This document shows positions 50,637 through 64,000 of a DNA stretch of 64,000 nucleotides, piece after piece (the first letter of the stretch is position 1; the number at the start of each line of letters is the position of its first letter). The notes under the pieces are model-generated. The model was not told the DNA's origin. It did not search any database and was given only the letters and a program-made list of their open reading frames with translations. Origin of the DNA: Callorhinchus milii (taxonomy: Eukaryota); NCBI RefSeq assembly GCF_018977255.1, contig NW_024704742.1, positions 101,806,001-101,870,000 of the forward strand, written 5' to 3'. The position numbers were made by a program, and so were the translations under genes.

Positions 50637-51890
50637 TCAACAACAACAACATGCATTTTTATAGCGCCTTCCACAGTGGGTGGTGTTTCAGAACGCTTAG
50701 CAATGGCAGAGCCCAAGGATGACCCGTGGGGGGTGGTGGTGGTGATGGGTTAAGGTGAACGTGGGCGCGGTCAAAGAGGAAGGTCTTCAGGCACGACCTG
50801 AAGATGGGAAAGGAGCGGGCGTGGGGAGGTGGTTGCTGGAGGGAATTCCAAAGTTTCGGGACGTAGTGGCCAAAGGCCCAGCCACTGATGGTGGAGCAGA
50901 GGATTCGGGGGACGCGGAGGAGGCCGGACCCAGAAAAGCGGGTACTGGTGTGGGGAGAGGTTAGAGAAATAGGGGGATGCCGAGGAATGGAGGGATTTAA
51001 ACACTAGAGTGAGGATCTTGAAGTTGATCTGCTCTGTACGGAGCCAGTGGAGTTTGACAAGGACTGGAGTAATCGGGGTACGAAGTTTGGTGCGGGTGAG
51101 AATGTAGGCGGCGGAGTTTCGAATGAGCTGAATTTTGTGAATAGTGGAGGAGAGGAGACCGGCGAGGGGGGCGTTAGAGTAGTCCAGCCGAGAGGTGACA
51201 AAGGCATGGACATGGGTTTCAGCCGCTTTTGGGGTATATTGTTGGAGACGGGAAATGTGGCGGAGGTGGAAGAAAGTGTGGTTAGGGACCGGATGTGGGG
51301 GATGAAGGATAACTGGGGATTGAACCTGACACCTAAGTTGCGCACGGGTTCAGAGAGTTTTAAGGACAGGTCGGGTAGATTGAGGAGGTCAGAACCGTGG
51401 GACAGAAGACGTCGGCGGGAGCCAAAGAGTGGCTTCCTCTTGTTGACTTTTAACTGCAGGAAATTTGGGCTCATCCAGCTCCTGATGTCCGAAAGACAAG
51501 CTGACAGAACATCAGGGGATTGGGGGTCGCAGCTGGAGGTGGAAAGGTAGTGTTGAGTGTCATCCACATACATGTGGAAGTTAACCCTGTGTCTGCGGAT
51601 GTCATCACCGAGAGGGAGCATATAGATGAGGAAGAGAAGAGGGCCAAGGATGGATCCTTGGGGCACCCCACAGGTGACCAGGTGAAAGTGCGAAGAAAAG
51701 CCATTTGCAGAAATGTAGTGCTGGCAGTTTGTAAGGTAGGACTTGAACTAAGCGAGTGAGATCCAACTGAGGTGGATGATGGAAGACAAGTAGGATGGCG
51801 TGATCAACTGTGACAAACTCGGCGGAGAGTTCCAGAAGGATGAGGAGGCAGAGGCAAACTCAGAATGGGAATAGCAAATGGAATGCAACT
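50637..51890 (-). mobile_element. L2 RT/3' fragment of a distinct subfamily
   Basis: PQGSILGPLLFLIYMLPLG, YVDDTQ and VRNLGV motifs. Confidence 0.92.
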
Positions 51891-52734
51891 CCTCCATACA
51901 AACCCAATTTGCATGATTATGTTTGTTGTCGTACAAAATGTCAGTCTCACAGATCCCAATCAGTCTTTTACTAAAATATCTCTGTATATTCTTATAAACT
52001 CCTTCCATGTCTGGTCAATGACCCTCAAGCACTAAGCCAAAGAAAACATGCAAACTAGGAAACCAGGTGGTACTTTGAAGGAACAAAATACACATATTTT
52101 AAATAAAAACTACAGGGCCTTTTGCTTCAGTGGAGCGGAAAGGGCAGACACCACACTTCCTAAATACACGTAGAACATGTTTACTTTGCTGCTGCTGGGT
52201 TTGAAGTCACAAGCAAGTTGGCAAAATACATGAGACACATTGATATTGCTGGAAGTTGTTTCAAAAATAAATGGTTTAGCCTATGTTTTCAATGCATCAT
52301 CAATCGAAAGCAGACAAGGATTTGGGGTTGGCAGCAGCTGAATGTATTATTGTATCACTGGGGAAGGTAATGGCGCCCTCTGGAAAATAACCCTGCAGTA
52401 TATTTTTTTTAGAGACTGCAGAGATTTTTGATTGCTAAAAATTTGTGATATTGCATCACAGGTATAATATTCTTCATTACATACTGTTCAAAATCTGATT
52501 TATCTGCATCATGGGTGAACTTTATCCCATTTAGATATGTCATTTGCATTTCAGCTGAGTTGTGCATCAATTATGTTGGCGAGTGATTGACTCTGCAAAT
52601 ATGAAAGCTTATTCTCATAAATATCTATCTTTTGCAAATGTCATCCGCAATTTGCTCAGTTTTCTGTGGGAATATATTGAAGCAAAGCTTGTATCACATA
52701 AGGAGCAGAGCTCAAAATCTATTTTCACTGATTT

Positions 52735-53330
52735 ACAACAACAAAATTACGTTTATATAGCGCATTCCACATCGGAGCTACATACCAAGACACGGGACAG
52801 TTAAGGGTTTTGCACCTGAGCTGGGGGTTGGAATCAAGAGGGTAGGGGGAGGGGGGCACGGAGGTGGGAGAGTGGCCAAAAACATAATCAAAGAGGAAAG
52901 AAAGAGGCAGAAAAGCTGAAGTTCCAACAGCCAATGGCGGGGGATATGAAGCAGACCAGAGGGAGGGAGGAGCGAGGCCGTATAGGGCTTCAAAGGTGAG
53001 GATAAGGATTTTAAACTTTAAACTTGATCCTCTGCAGGGTGCGGGGGGGGGGGGGGGTGAGTGGAACCGGCAAGGATGTGGTTGATCAGTTCACGGAGCT
53101 TGGCACAGGAGAGGACATAAGCTGCACAGTTCTGAATAATCTACAACTTGTGGAGGGAAGAGTCAGGAAGTCCGACAAGCAGGGAGATAGTGTTGTCAAG
53201 CCTGGATGTGATGAATTCATGAATGAATCTCGGTGGCCTGAGGAGAGAGGCAGTGGCAGAGGTGGGCATCGTTGCGGAGTTGGGCAAATTTGCAGAGGTG
53301 GGGGAAGGCAGAATGGGTCATTTCAGTCTT
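52735..53330 (-). mobile_element. Decayed L2 3' fragment with internal deletions
   Basis: FITSRLDN, LQIIQNCAA and KILILTF motifs and tail. Confidence 0.85.
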
Positions 53331-55352
53331 TCCACAAGCCAGAACAAGTATTTCATGTTTATAAAGATATATAAGAGCATACAAGCTCTCCAAGACATCA
53401 CCCTACATGAGGGGCACTATGTAAATGCAAGTTGGTAGTGGTTTATTAAAGTTGTTTAATTTGAACAGACGCTAAATTAAAAATAAGCCCATCAAATCTA
53501 GCAATACTAAATTCCTGTTGGTGGCACTGCTGAGCTATTAACAGCATCATCAGTTGAATACTGTTAAAAATGTAATGCGTCTCTATTGACCCCAAAATTA
53601 TTTTTTGATGATGCTAATACAGCAACCAAATACAGATTTGGTTTTATTTTTGACCCTCTGAAGGTGCTGCATTTACATAATTCTGAATCATGAAAGCTTC
53701 TACAGGCTAGATTTGGAAATTTCAGCAGCTGTCTGATGACTACTGCTTTATGAAACAAATATATAGAGAGAAAAGATGCTAAGTGGGAGAGGGAAGAGAC
53801 GAAATATTGACAATTTGCTGTTCAGTCTTTTTGATAAATGTTCAAAGCATTTATACATAGTATAACGCAGATTTGCATTGCAAATTGCCAAAGTAGTCTT
53901 TTTAACTAAATCATTCACCACTATTCCAGGTGTTTCTTGCATTCCTATTTTAGATGTGGTTAAAAAATCTGTTTCATACAAATAAGCTCTCCTTGAAAAC
54001 ATCAAATAAAGCTCCCAGGCTTCAAAACCAAAGGTTTACTCGGTCCTGAACCAATACACGAAAGTAACAAATGCTTGAGGGACTAATGAACATTTTCTGC
54101 TTAGATCCAGTTAAAATCTAATTATTAAACAACCTTGGTTGCATTCCTTTTAACGACACAAGTGCTCAAATCTGTCCATTTACTCTAATGTCAATGTAGA
54201 TTCACAATGTTGATGGTTAGTCAAGTCACAATGAGTTTTCAAATTTATGCTCAGGATTTCATTGACGATATCTTGTTATCCTATCATTAAACTCACAGGC
54301 GGTAGAGAGAGAGATCAGATGTGTCTGACAGATGCAGAAACTCATCATTCTTAAAAGAGTACCTAAACTAGACAGTGTTCCATGTAACCTATCTACAGAT
54401 GGAAATTCCCATGATTAGAATTGAATGCACATTCTCTACCTGAAGGGACACATTGGGTTTACCTAATTCCAGAGTACTAACCAGCTGAAGCTGCACAACC
54501 TGCTTATCCAGCTAGGACCATCCTACCAAGAGGCTTTGGTTTGCAGAGATAAAAGAAGCCGAGTAGGAAGAATCTCTGCCTCTTGTGACAGGTCTTTCCA
54601 AGGTCTGCCAATGAGCCAGCCTGGCTGGTCTATCATCAGTAGTGCTCTGGAGTACTACACACCAGCCTGGCTCAGGAAATTGCTCAGCTCCAAGGAGACC
54701 CCGCCTCCCTCCCCGGAGATCCTGTTTACTTCCCCCAAGTAGGAGAGAGAAGCGCAAGGTTGAAGTATAAGAAAGCATGACTACAGATACTTCCAACTCT
54801 TGCAGCTTTCTTGCGAAGACATCAAGATTTAGTACTGATAAGATTAAAAAAAGTATGGGTGCTATTTCTGTAGATTTTACGAGAGCTATTGTAAAACTAC
54901 CACAAATATAACCATGAATTTTAGTTAAGAGCAGTTAAAAATGCTGAGCGTGAGGATCAAAAGGGCAGGAGCTGAGGGCAACATTGTCACTAAATACTTT
55001 CGCACCCATACGTGGAGCAGACATGTTTCCAGGTAGATGTTCTTAAAAACTGCTTTAACTGCAGTTGGGAGAGAGAAATGGGAGGCAGGCAGGGAACACT
55101 AAATGTGGACATATTTAATGTGACTTTGTTAGTTTTCAGATTGAAAAACACTTACATATTTGAGTTCAAATACTGTAAAACCAAAGATGATTGAAAGAAA
55201 ATGTAACTCTTTGTATCACTCTCAAGCTGTGAACATTTTTAAACCAATCAGTAATACGTGTGCCATTTAAGCTTCTTAAAATTTTCATCATAGCCGTTTC
55301 AATTTAAAGCAAATGCCAGTGAATCAGACATCTCAAGAAAAATGTCACATAC

Positions 55353-55419
55353 CTTTCCTGCAGTAGCAAAAAATTCACCATCAGGAGAAACCTTTAGCAG
55401 GTGGATAGGTGATGCAGTT
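55353..55419 (-). CDS. DMXL1: DMXL1 exon ~6 (TASPIHLLKVSPDGEFFATAGK)
   Basis: ttgcag|A...AAG|gtatgt; 67 nt, phase 2-0. Confidence 0.92.
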
Positions 55420-56854
55420 CTGCAAAAGTAGATAAAAACTTTTAAGCAAACCAATAGTTAAATGCTAGAGTTTTTTCCCTTCAAAAAATGTGAACACTAT
55501 ACTTAAGTATAGAACAGGTTGGCCCACAGACAGGAGTCTGCACAGACCTGCTGATAGCATAACGATTAAGCTCTATTTTCAATCAGTAAATGAGAATCAG
55601 TATTTTAAAACAATCTATTTCTTCCCTCTAAACCAAGAAGCACAGTAAATGAATTAACCTTCATTGCTTATATAATACTAGCATCGCACTAAATTTGACT
55701 GCAATGTAAATTTGTTAGTTGCTGGAAGCATTGATGCAGGAATGACTATGTATTCCTCCTTCCCATTTGCTTCCAAACAAATAATTACTATTGCAACATA
55801 AATGCATTTTAACCATGCTTGTGGTTAGGTAAATGACTTGATAAGTAAGATTCATAGAGAATGCAGTTAATGAATACATAATTACCAACCACAAAATAAA
55901 TCCCTCCATTGATTATCAGACATGATTATGTACCCTATTGGTGTGGATTAAGTTCATAATCATATTTCCAAAAGTATTTGAGATATTCTTTTAGAATAAA
56001 ATTTAATTAGTTGAACTAACCACAGTTCCTATTTTTCTACTGACTGTTTCGATAACTAACCCAAGAATGTCAAGAAAATAATCAAATTTTACGCTTAGAA
56101 ATTTAGAGAAATAAAGTGGTAAAATCTGTGCTAGAACTAGCTGAATTCTAGTAAACCAAAATTGTCAAAAAGTTGGTATTGTGGTATCATTCCACTAACA
56201 ATTTGCATCTGCAAATCCTTTTACATCAGGATGCATAAATGAATAGCTTTTGCTTGGTTTCCTTTTGCTTTCAAATAAATAACTATGACTATTGTGCTAT
56301 AAATCAAACAGTGAAGCCTCCTCACTCCTCTTCTGTGAAAGGCGGCTGGAGTATACTCAATAATACTAATCCTTACATTTGGTATAGCACTTTTCAAATT
56401 TGGAATTACAAATGCTGAAGGAAAAAATGTTAAATTTTTTGTGAATTATTCTTTTAACATTATGCTGATCTTCATTTGTATGCCCCTTGAAAACACCTAT
56501 TGATTCTAGTCAGAAAACACAGAATGTTAGCATGGTCCAAAAAAACCTGCACCTCAGCCTCCCTAGGTAGCCTTCTGGGGTATAATCTGAAAATGAAGCA
56601 GTATGTGGGCATTTCAAAATGAGAGATGATGCAATAATTTGGGAAGATGGAACCACATTTTTGATTAATAAATGCCCCTGGGAAAATATAAACTCTAACC
56701 TGGTCACATATTTGATTGATTGCAGAATAGCTAATTCTATTTTCTAAGGATTCCTTTTCCTCATATCATGTATGTGATGATGCTGTGTGTCATGTGGTAA
56801 CTTAAAAGCCATTTTGAAAACCAAGGACAACATTGTGGCACAATGCTCTCTTAC

Positions 56855-56993
56855 TTGGATTCCCAAATGCATCTCCAGTCACTGATTTCATTTGGATCAG
56901 TCTCATCTGCAGCCTCCTCTTCAGTCGCACACATTTCTAGATTCACATTGGACCAGAACTGTAAAGCGTTCGAACCAGTCAAGAGGCGAATTC
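56855..56993 (-). CDS. DMXL1: DMXL1 exon ~5 (IRLLTGSNALQFWSN...WRCIWES)
   Basis: ttttag|GA...CAA|gtaaga; 139 nt, phase 1-2; WD40-type motif. Confidence 0.9.
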
Positions 56994-57089
56994 CTAAAAT
57001 ATAAGAACATTAGTAGTTTCATCAGCTCTTTTTCCGTTGCATTCTATTCAAAACCAGAGTGCTATTCCAGGAGAAGGTTGAAAATTGTA

Positions 57090-57500
57090 ATAGGGGGGGG
57101 AGGAGGTGGCCGGAAGCACGGTTGAAGAGGAAAATTTTCAAGCGGGACTTGAAGACAGGGGGCAAGGTGGAGGGATTGAGGGAGAGTGTTCCAGAGTTTT
57201 GGGGTGTAGTAGCTGAAAGCCCGACCTCCGATGGTGGGGCAAAAGGTGTGAGGGACGAGCAGGAGGCTGGTGCCAGTCGAGCGGAGGTGCCGGGTGGTGG
57301 ATTGGGGAGCGAGGAGGTCGGAGAGATAAGGAGGTGCCAGAGAGTCAAGGGATTTGAACACGAGAGTGAGGATCTTGAAGTCGATCTGTTTGGTGATGGG
57401 GAGCCATTGGAACCTGGCCAGAACTGGTGAAATGTGGGTGCAGAGTTTGGGCCAGGTCAGTATGCGGCCGGCATAGTTCTGAATGAGTTGGATTTTGTTT
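57090..57500 (-). mobile_element. L2 3' fragment
   Basis: IQLIQNYAGRIL...WLPITKQIDFKILTLVFK...GGRAFSY. Confidence 0.9.
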
Positions 57501-57824
57501 GAATAGTGCAACTGGGGAGTACGTTTGAGTAATAACGCACTGTAGTTGGTTAACTGAGGATTAACAGGAAGCAAGGACTCAAACAGAATATTATCATTTC
57601 ATTAAAATAGCACAATGAAATAGGGTAATTTATGCAACATTGGGGATGAAGTTCATGTATGCACTTGCCTCAGGCATTGCACATGCCTATGACTAGAGCA
57701 AACACCAAACTAAGGTAATTATAGTGGTAATTAAAAACAAGTTAAGTTGAGAAATTTTCTTTGTTGCATGTAACTCATGAACTAAATTGTTAATATAAAA
57801 CTGATAGCATAATATATTTCTTAC

Positions 57825-57900
57825 CTTGTGTATCCCATGCTAAATTGTGTGCCACCGACTGTAATAAAAGTTGGCCACTTTTTTGCCACTGGTGATTTGG
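57825..57900 (-). CDS. DMXL1: DMXL1 exon ~4 (PNHQWQKSGQLLLQSVAHNLAWDTQ)
   Basis: caacag|CCA...AAG|gtaaga; 76 nt, phase 0-1. Confidence 0.88.
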
Positions 57901-59844
57901 CTGTTGTGAACAAACAAATGAAAGACATAAATATTCAACCCCCCCAGTTTAAAAGTTCACTGTTGGTTTTGCAATTTTTTTTAATGTTCAATTATTTTAA
58001 AATCCCTAGTAAAAATGTTAAAAACTTTAGTATGTCTTTAATGTTGTCTACTTTTTAATCTGAACTCTAAATAGACTTCCCTCACTAATGATTTCACAAG
58101 TTGAATTCCAGTCATGTTATAGATATTATATGGAAACACCATTGAACCAACTCAGAGGCCGCATTATAAGCAAAGTGCATTTAAATGGCCGATTTCCAGG
58201 CAGTCTGGTTGGTGCCGAATTCACTGTGAAATAACATCAACAGCACTGGGAGAAGCAAGCAGGAAGTCAAGAGATATACTCCTTGTTAACTCAGTCCTAA
58301 TATATATTCTTGAACTTCTGTTTACACTGAGTCACACCTGCATTACCCATTGCCCTTTGGGCAAGTTCGCTCCCCTTTTTATATTGCGCTCATAGAAAGA
58401 TTTACAAAGCATGGAAACAGGCCCCTCCGCCCAACTCTTCCTTGCGGGTGTTTATATACCCTCCCATACCCTTCTCCATCCTGTGTCAATCAAGTGTTTG
58501 CACCTCTGCTAATACCATAGGAAGTGATGCTGGGCAGTGCACGCACAGGAAGTGATGTCAGCAATGCTGCCCAAGCACAGCAAATAACACAAGTGGTGAC
58601 CCAACAACACGGAAGCTGATCATTTTCTGCGTGGGAATCTAGCTCGTCAGTGCCAGAATCTGGATCCACAGGACACCGCGGATATAAGCAAAGCTATACT
58701 AAAACAGGGGTGACAGCATTATAATGGGGTTGCCCTGTATCTGTTTAATCCATAGTTGACAATAAAATCCACCTCAGTAGCTCACGTGATAAATGGGAGC
58801 AAGCTCAATTTGGCAACAACATTTATTATAATTTCTATAATTATAATAAATTAATTATAAACTGTTCACCATTGAGAGTGAAGGGTGAACATTTAGAAAT
58901 TATGCTTATGCTGTCAATTTAACGATAGATGATGCTTGGTTCGAAAGAGACTATTTTAAGGGTATCTTTCCCTGTTTCTACCCTGAGAGCCTAAAATGGG
59001 GGAAAAGAATTACTTCTAGAGGTATCAAAGATAAAAATAGGTACATTGGTTGCTCTTTCAACATTACCTCTTCTAATAATAATTCTACATAAATGTCAAG
59101 AACTAAGAAGCTTAAAGTTCCAGATTTGCCAATTTGTCTCCTTCCCATAAGTCGATGATTAAAAATATTCATATAATATAGAAAGATTATCGTGTTGGGA
59201 ATGTAATTGACCAAAGTTAATTGATCCTGAAGGTGCAGAGTAAAGTTGACTGACACTCAAAGTTCTACTCTGGTACTAGCCGAAGCTGAAGCTTGTATTG
59301 GTTGGCAAACACAGCTAAAATCCTTAATGTGATGTAAAATGTGAAGAAATATTCACAAATATTGAATCCTGTTAGCAACCAGATGTGTGCGTCGCCAATC
59401 GTTATGAACTCAGCTCCGACCTGCCAAGAAAGAGATCAAGTCGGAGCAAAGTATCCAAGGGTTTCCAAGTTGTACATTCAGTTTTTGGTAGTATTCAATA
59501 CTTACAAATTTTTTGTGCCTCCTGTAATTTAGACTCCAAGTCCCACAATCTGTTACTGAGACCAAACCCTCCCTTTCAGGAAAAAGAAAATATTCAAAGA
59601 AAAAGTCTTCATCTGAGTTTTCTGCAGTCTCAATTATCAAAAATTTACAGACTTCAGAGTTGCCAATCCCTCAGCATGAAGCTGGCACATCAAAAACTTT
59701 CAAGACCATCTCAAGGGCCTCTAAATTATCATTTAATCCAAGTTCACTACCAAAGCAGAGACAATGACCAAATCTCTGATGTATTAAACCTCATCAGAGT
59801 TGTTGAAGTCCACGTTAGACTCTCAACTGTCTTTTCTTTCACAC

Positions 59845-60532
59845 ATCCAAGCCATGACCTGCTCTGCCTTCCCTCACCTCCGTAACATCGCCTGACTCCG
59901 TCACTACCTCACCCCTCAGGCCGCTGAAACTCTTGTTCATACCTTCATCACCTCCAGGTTCGACTATGCAAACGCCCTGCTTGTCAGCCTTCCCAACTCC
60001 TCCCTCCACAGGCTGCAGATAATCCAGAACTCTGCAGTCCGTGTCCTCTCCCGCACCAAACTCCGTGACCCCATCTCCCCCACTCTCGCCCGACTCCACT
60101 GGCTGCCTATCCTTCAAAGGCTTCAGTTCAAGATCCTGGTCCTCACCTACAAAGCCCTCCATGGCCTCACCCCACCTTACCTCTGCGACCTCCTAACCCC
60201 CTACCAACCCGCCTGTTCCCTCCGCTCAGCCGGCTCCGGCCTTCTCCATGTCCCCCAACCCATCTGCCCCACCATTGGCGGGAGAGCCTTCAGTCACTCT
60301 GCCCCCAACCTCTGGAATTCTATCCCACAATTACTCTGCCTTGCCCCCTCCTTAGCCTCCTTGAAGTCTCGCCTCAAGACCCTCCTCTTCAACCATGCCA
60401 TCGGCCAACCCCTTCCCCTCTCCTCCCTTCTCCCTCCCAGACTCCAGCTCGGGTCTGAAATGCTGTACTGTCCAGCGCCTTGGGACGTCCTCCCGACGTG
60501 AAAGGCGCTATACAAATGTAATCTTGTTGTTG
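59845..60532 (+). mobile_element. L2 3' fragment, same family as 22283-25680
   Basis: HLRNIA, FITSRFDYANALL and LHWLPI motifs; intact tail. Confidence 0.93.
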
Positions 60533-62027
60533 CTCCAGCACATAATGGTTGAGCAGAGGCATGAAGCGGATGAGACCTCCCAGGGTCACAAAACAAAAGT
60601 TCTGTGACAGGTGTTCGTGTGGAGGATTGGTCCTTTGGCTGACTATGACCTTTTTCTGTGGCAGCCCTTCCACCGATCTAAATTGCTTTACTCAGATTTG
60701 GACTGCAGGCTTAATCTTGAAATGTCATCTGTAGTCAGTGAAGGTACATCATGTTGGACCTTCACCCCCTCCCCTCCCAATGATTGGTTTCCATTACAGC
60801 ACTTTAAGCATTTTGTGTAACCTTCCTGAGAAACAAGGACAGACTATACTCTCTTAAAATTGTGCATCAATAAACAGCTGCACATATAGTATGGGTTACC
60901 ATCTACAGCTGGGACTATGCTTCAACTCAATATACAAACTTTAAAGCAGACTTTGTTCAGACCAAAATGCTCTGAAAGGTGAAAAAGAAACTCATTAATA
61001 GAATGAAATATTCTTCCTTCCCCCAAAAATCCACAAAGATTCAGGCTACACACTGAAGCCAAAATGATTTAAGCACAACTAATATTTTCCTATTAAATAT
61101 TAAGAAGATACTTGCCAAGTAGAGAAAAGCTGTGGTTCTTATATAATGCAAGAACACAGAAAGATCATGTGGTCTCACATGGTGTCAGTCAACAATGATT
61201 TAAAAAAACAAGGTCTCATGATTTCCCACTCCTTTAGATGAGGAGTTTCATCTTAATGTGCATGAAGAATAAATGCATGAGAAAGATCTGATCTCTGAAA
61301 AAGATCTGTAACTGATGAGAAAAACAAGTTCATGATGACTGATACATCTATAGAGCGTGGGAATGTTAGCAATGCTGCGTATATTTGCATCTGCTTCCAC
61401 AGAAATAGACTAAGTTTTATTGTCAACACAAATCACCCCTGAAGGACATTATTACTCTACATGTACACTAAGATTACTCCAATTACTCTAATTAATATAT
61501 TGGCAATGCTGTGAACTATTACAAGATGCCTGGATGACATGACATGAAGTGTTCTTAAAGGACCATCTCTGCCCTCAAACTTTCAAATTAAATACGTTGG
61601 CTATGTGTGGAGCAAGTAGCCTTCATATTCTTCAATTAGAGCAATAGATGCCCAGAATTCTATTTATATACGGAGAAAATAAATTGTCTTGACCATATCT
61701 ATAGAAAGATCTTATTCTGCAACTGCACATGCACATTTGCACATTGCTTTTAGCACCAACTATTTCTTGCATTGCTGAATTTACCAATTCTATTAACCCC
61801 ATTCAATCAGATCCAAGGGAAGGCAGTCATCATTTTATAGCTTTTGTTAAATACGTCTCTCATTGCTTTCAATATGAAAGTCTGTGGTGAGCAGATTAAG
61901 TCACAAAATATTATCGAGACAAAAAATGCCATTTCTTTCAGACATGTCAGTAATGTTGGGTCAAAAATATAAAAATGCAGGAGCACAGGACTCGGTGCGA
62001 ATAAAAAGACAAATTGCAGATACTTAC

Positions 62028-62105
62028 TTTAGAATATTTACCTCTCCGATTTAAGAGAGGCACAGGCTCAAAAATGCAAACCACATTTCCATAGGAGGCT
62101 GCGAT
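62028..62105 (-). CDS. DMXL1: DMXL1 exon ~3 (IAASYGNVVCIFEPVPLLNRRGKYSK)
   Basis: ccacag|ATC...AAA|gtaagt; 78 nt, phase 0-0. Confidence 0.88.
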
Positions 62106-63084
62106 CTGTGGATGGAAAAAAACATTTAAATGACTATGATAATTAGTTATTGATGGCTATAATCCCACAAATGCTTTTGTTTCTTCCAAAAATGACCAAA
62201 CTGAGATCAGATATCTAAATACAGTTGTTAGAAGGTTTATTCAAAGTCACTGGTCAAAGCAGGAGAAATAATTTTTTTTAAATAATCCATTTTTTGGGGG
62301 AGTTAGAATTTCCAGAGGACATGATCTTCAGGGAGCTTTGTATGCAACAAACATTCCTTCTGATATAGGTGAAAGGCAAATGGTAGTTAATACCCATAGC
62401 TATTAGCACAGAAGTGACAAATTACGGACACAACTCTGTCAGTCAGGTTTTCGATTTGACAGACCTAAACAGAAAGGCACACATTTTATTAGGTAATTTT
62501 CCATCTTCCTTTTGTTAAAAAAAGCATGAAAAACTGAATTCCATAGATTTATTTGCTTTTCTCTTCTCAATGCGAGCTGATATGAAAACAATGCAGCTGG
62601 TTACCAGCTTTCATGGATCAATACAAAGACTCAAATGTGCACAATTTTAATTTTCATTGAATTTAAAACGTGAAGCAGCATTATGTTTTGATCTTTAGAT
62701 AGGCATCTCTGCCATATAGAAGTAATCTATTTAAACAAAAGGTGCTGAATTAGGATCAGGACAATGTGTTAGAAATATATGCATCAATTGACCATTTTAA
62801 ACAGGATTTAGAAGAAATGGGATTAAGAAACAAATCATGAAATGTCAAAGTGAAGAGAGGCCATAAGACAAGATGCTCTGCTCCTACCGATCACAATTTT
62901 AGCCCAATCTTTAGTTTATTTAGTTTAATCATAAGAATTCACTCTCTTTTCAGCTGTATCTCATTCACTTAATGGCTACAGAGATTTCTTTTGATTTTAA
63001 AAACTAAAATTCTTTCAATTGTGGGAAAGCGGGAAAAACAGTAGTGAGTTTTATTAAGAAAAAAAGTAAAACTGAGAAGGACCA

Positions 63085-63440
63085 TGGGAATGACTAGAGG
63101 TGTTATACTTCAGATGAAACTTTAAACAGAGCCTGTCTGTTCAGATGGATGTTAAAGATCCCATGGAAATATTCAAAAAGAGAAGGGAGTTTCTCTTGTT
63201 GTCCTGACTAACGATTCCCCAAATAAAACTAGTCAATTACTTCATGGAATTACGCACTTTGACACATCCTCCAGACATGAAAGGTATATAAATGTAAATT
63301 GTATTAAAATGTACATGGGACATTTCTGTACTCAAATGGGCAGTCGCATTTGCTTACAAATATTATCACATTTTACATTAAACTATGTGAAGCTCTTTGC
63401 ATTGTTTCAACATGTTGAGGCATTATATCAAATGCAAGGA
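63085..63440 (+). mobile_element. Deu-domain SINE fragment(s)
   Basis: ttcagatgaaactttaaacag...gatgttaaagatcccatgg followed by tails. Confidence 0.68.
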
Positions 63441-64000
63441 TTGTGTAAGTGTTGAGGAAAGAAATTATAATAGTCTACTATTTTGTTGAAATGATTCATA
63501 TCAATCACCAGAGCAATGCAAGACATACAGGGTGACCAAAAAGTTGTGATAACTACCCTATTATGTAAAATAAATATCATAATTTCTTGATGACGTATTA
63601 GAAAATATAATATCAAGCCTTTTTATCACCCTCTATTAGCCCTCAAAATCAATCTTGCTAGCCTGAAGATGCACAGCTCTTAATGCTAAAATCTTTAGGG
63701 GATCCTTAATTATATAAACTTACATTGAACTTTCAAAATTCTTCTGAAACTGCTGCAACATAAATCTGATTTATACTGCAAACAATGCATGAATTTAATT
63801 TCTGAAACCATGCTACCCGCAAATACTAAATGCACTGAAAACAAATGAAATATATTTGAGTTGAACTCTATGTTGCCAAAATCCAGGCTCAGCAATGTTG
63901 GTGGATTGACTAGTAGTGTTCCTTCTAACTGCTGGTCCACACCAAGAAGGTTTTTTTTTGCTCAAGTTTGTATATGCAGCAAATCTTTTTTTAAAAAAAC

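Larger units (their letters stand above)
978..62105 (-). other. DMXL1: DMXL1 gene body (partial; 27 internal coding exons, both ends outside the window)
   Basis: All 27 exons have AG/GT boundaries and compatible phases (7176 nt, no stop). Peptides such as LAPYLLATSCSDGKVRFWRC, EDSGLFEASHNLSPTLPQYHPLQLLELMDLGKVRRAKAILSHLVKCIAGEV and KEKFIPPELSIWDYFIAK match recalled DMXL1 better than DMXL2. Confidence 0.93.

Noticed and set aside
52372..52386. Partial CTCF-like motif (also at about 53514-53527)
   Set aside because: Two or more mismatches in the core; expected by chance.
55245..55294. Minus-strand ATGATGA...CTGA resembling a C/D box snoRNA
   Set aside because: Too short (~45 nt) with no terminal stem or recognisable guide.
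59385..59885. 166-aa antisense ORF
   Set aside because: No recognisable domain, its end runs into an L2, and one ORF of this length is plausible by chance in six frames of 64 kb.
978..62105. DMXL2 identity, and U12-type introns
   Set aside because: Diagnostic peptides fit DMXL1 better; all donors are ordinary GT without the U12 ATCCTT consensus.

Overview
Vertebrate genomic DNA, most likely from a cartilaginous fish (inferred from the repeat landscape of CR1 and L2 LINEs, Deu-domain SINEs and other tRNA-derived SINEs). Almost the whole window is the interior of one minus-strand gene, DMXL1 (Rabconnectin-3 alpha / Rav1-type WD40 V-ATPase assembly factor). I resolved 27 consecutive GT-AG exons between 62105 and 978. 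They splice in one open frame (7176 nt, 2392 codons). The start and stop codons lie outside the window. Exon numbers 3-29 are inferred from recalled human DMXL1 structure. The introns are filled with retroelement fossils, including a 3.4 kb L2 and a 2.3 kb CR1. I found no prokaryote-type system, CRISPR array or supportable structural RNA gene, and no clearly new biological system. The best leads are: an in-frame 102-nt candidate cassette exon; a CpG-rich block with a strong acceptor and an in-frame stop; a decayed Penelope-type hammerhead motif; a mosaic SINE with complementary deletions; an unclassified repeat reconstructed from nested insertions; and a near-identical tract shared by two otherwise diverged CR1 copies. 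Repeat boundaries are approximate and all comparisons were made by eye.
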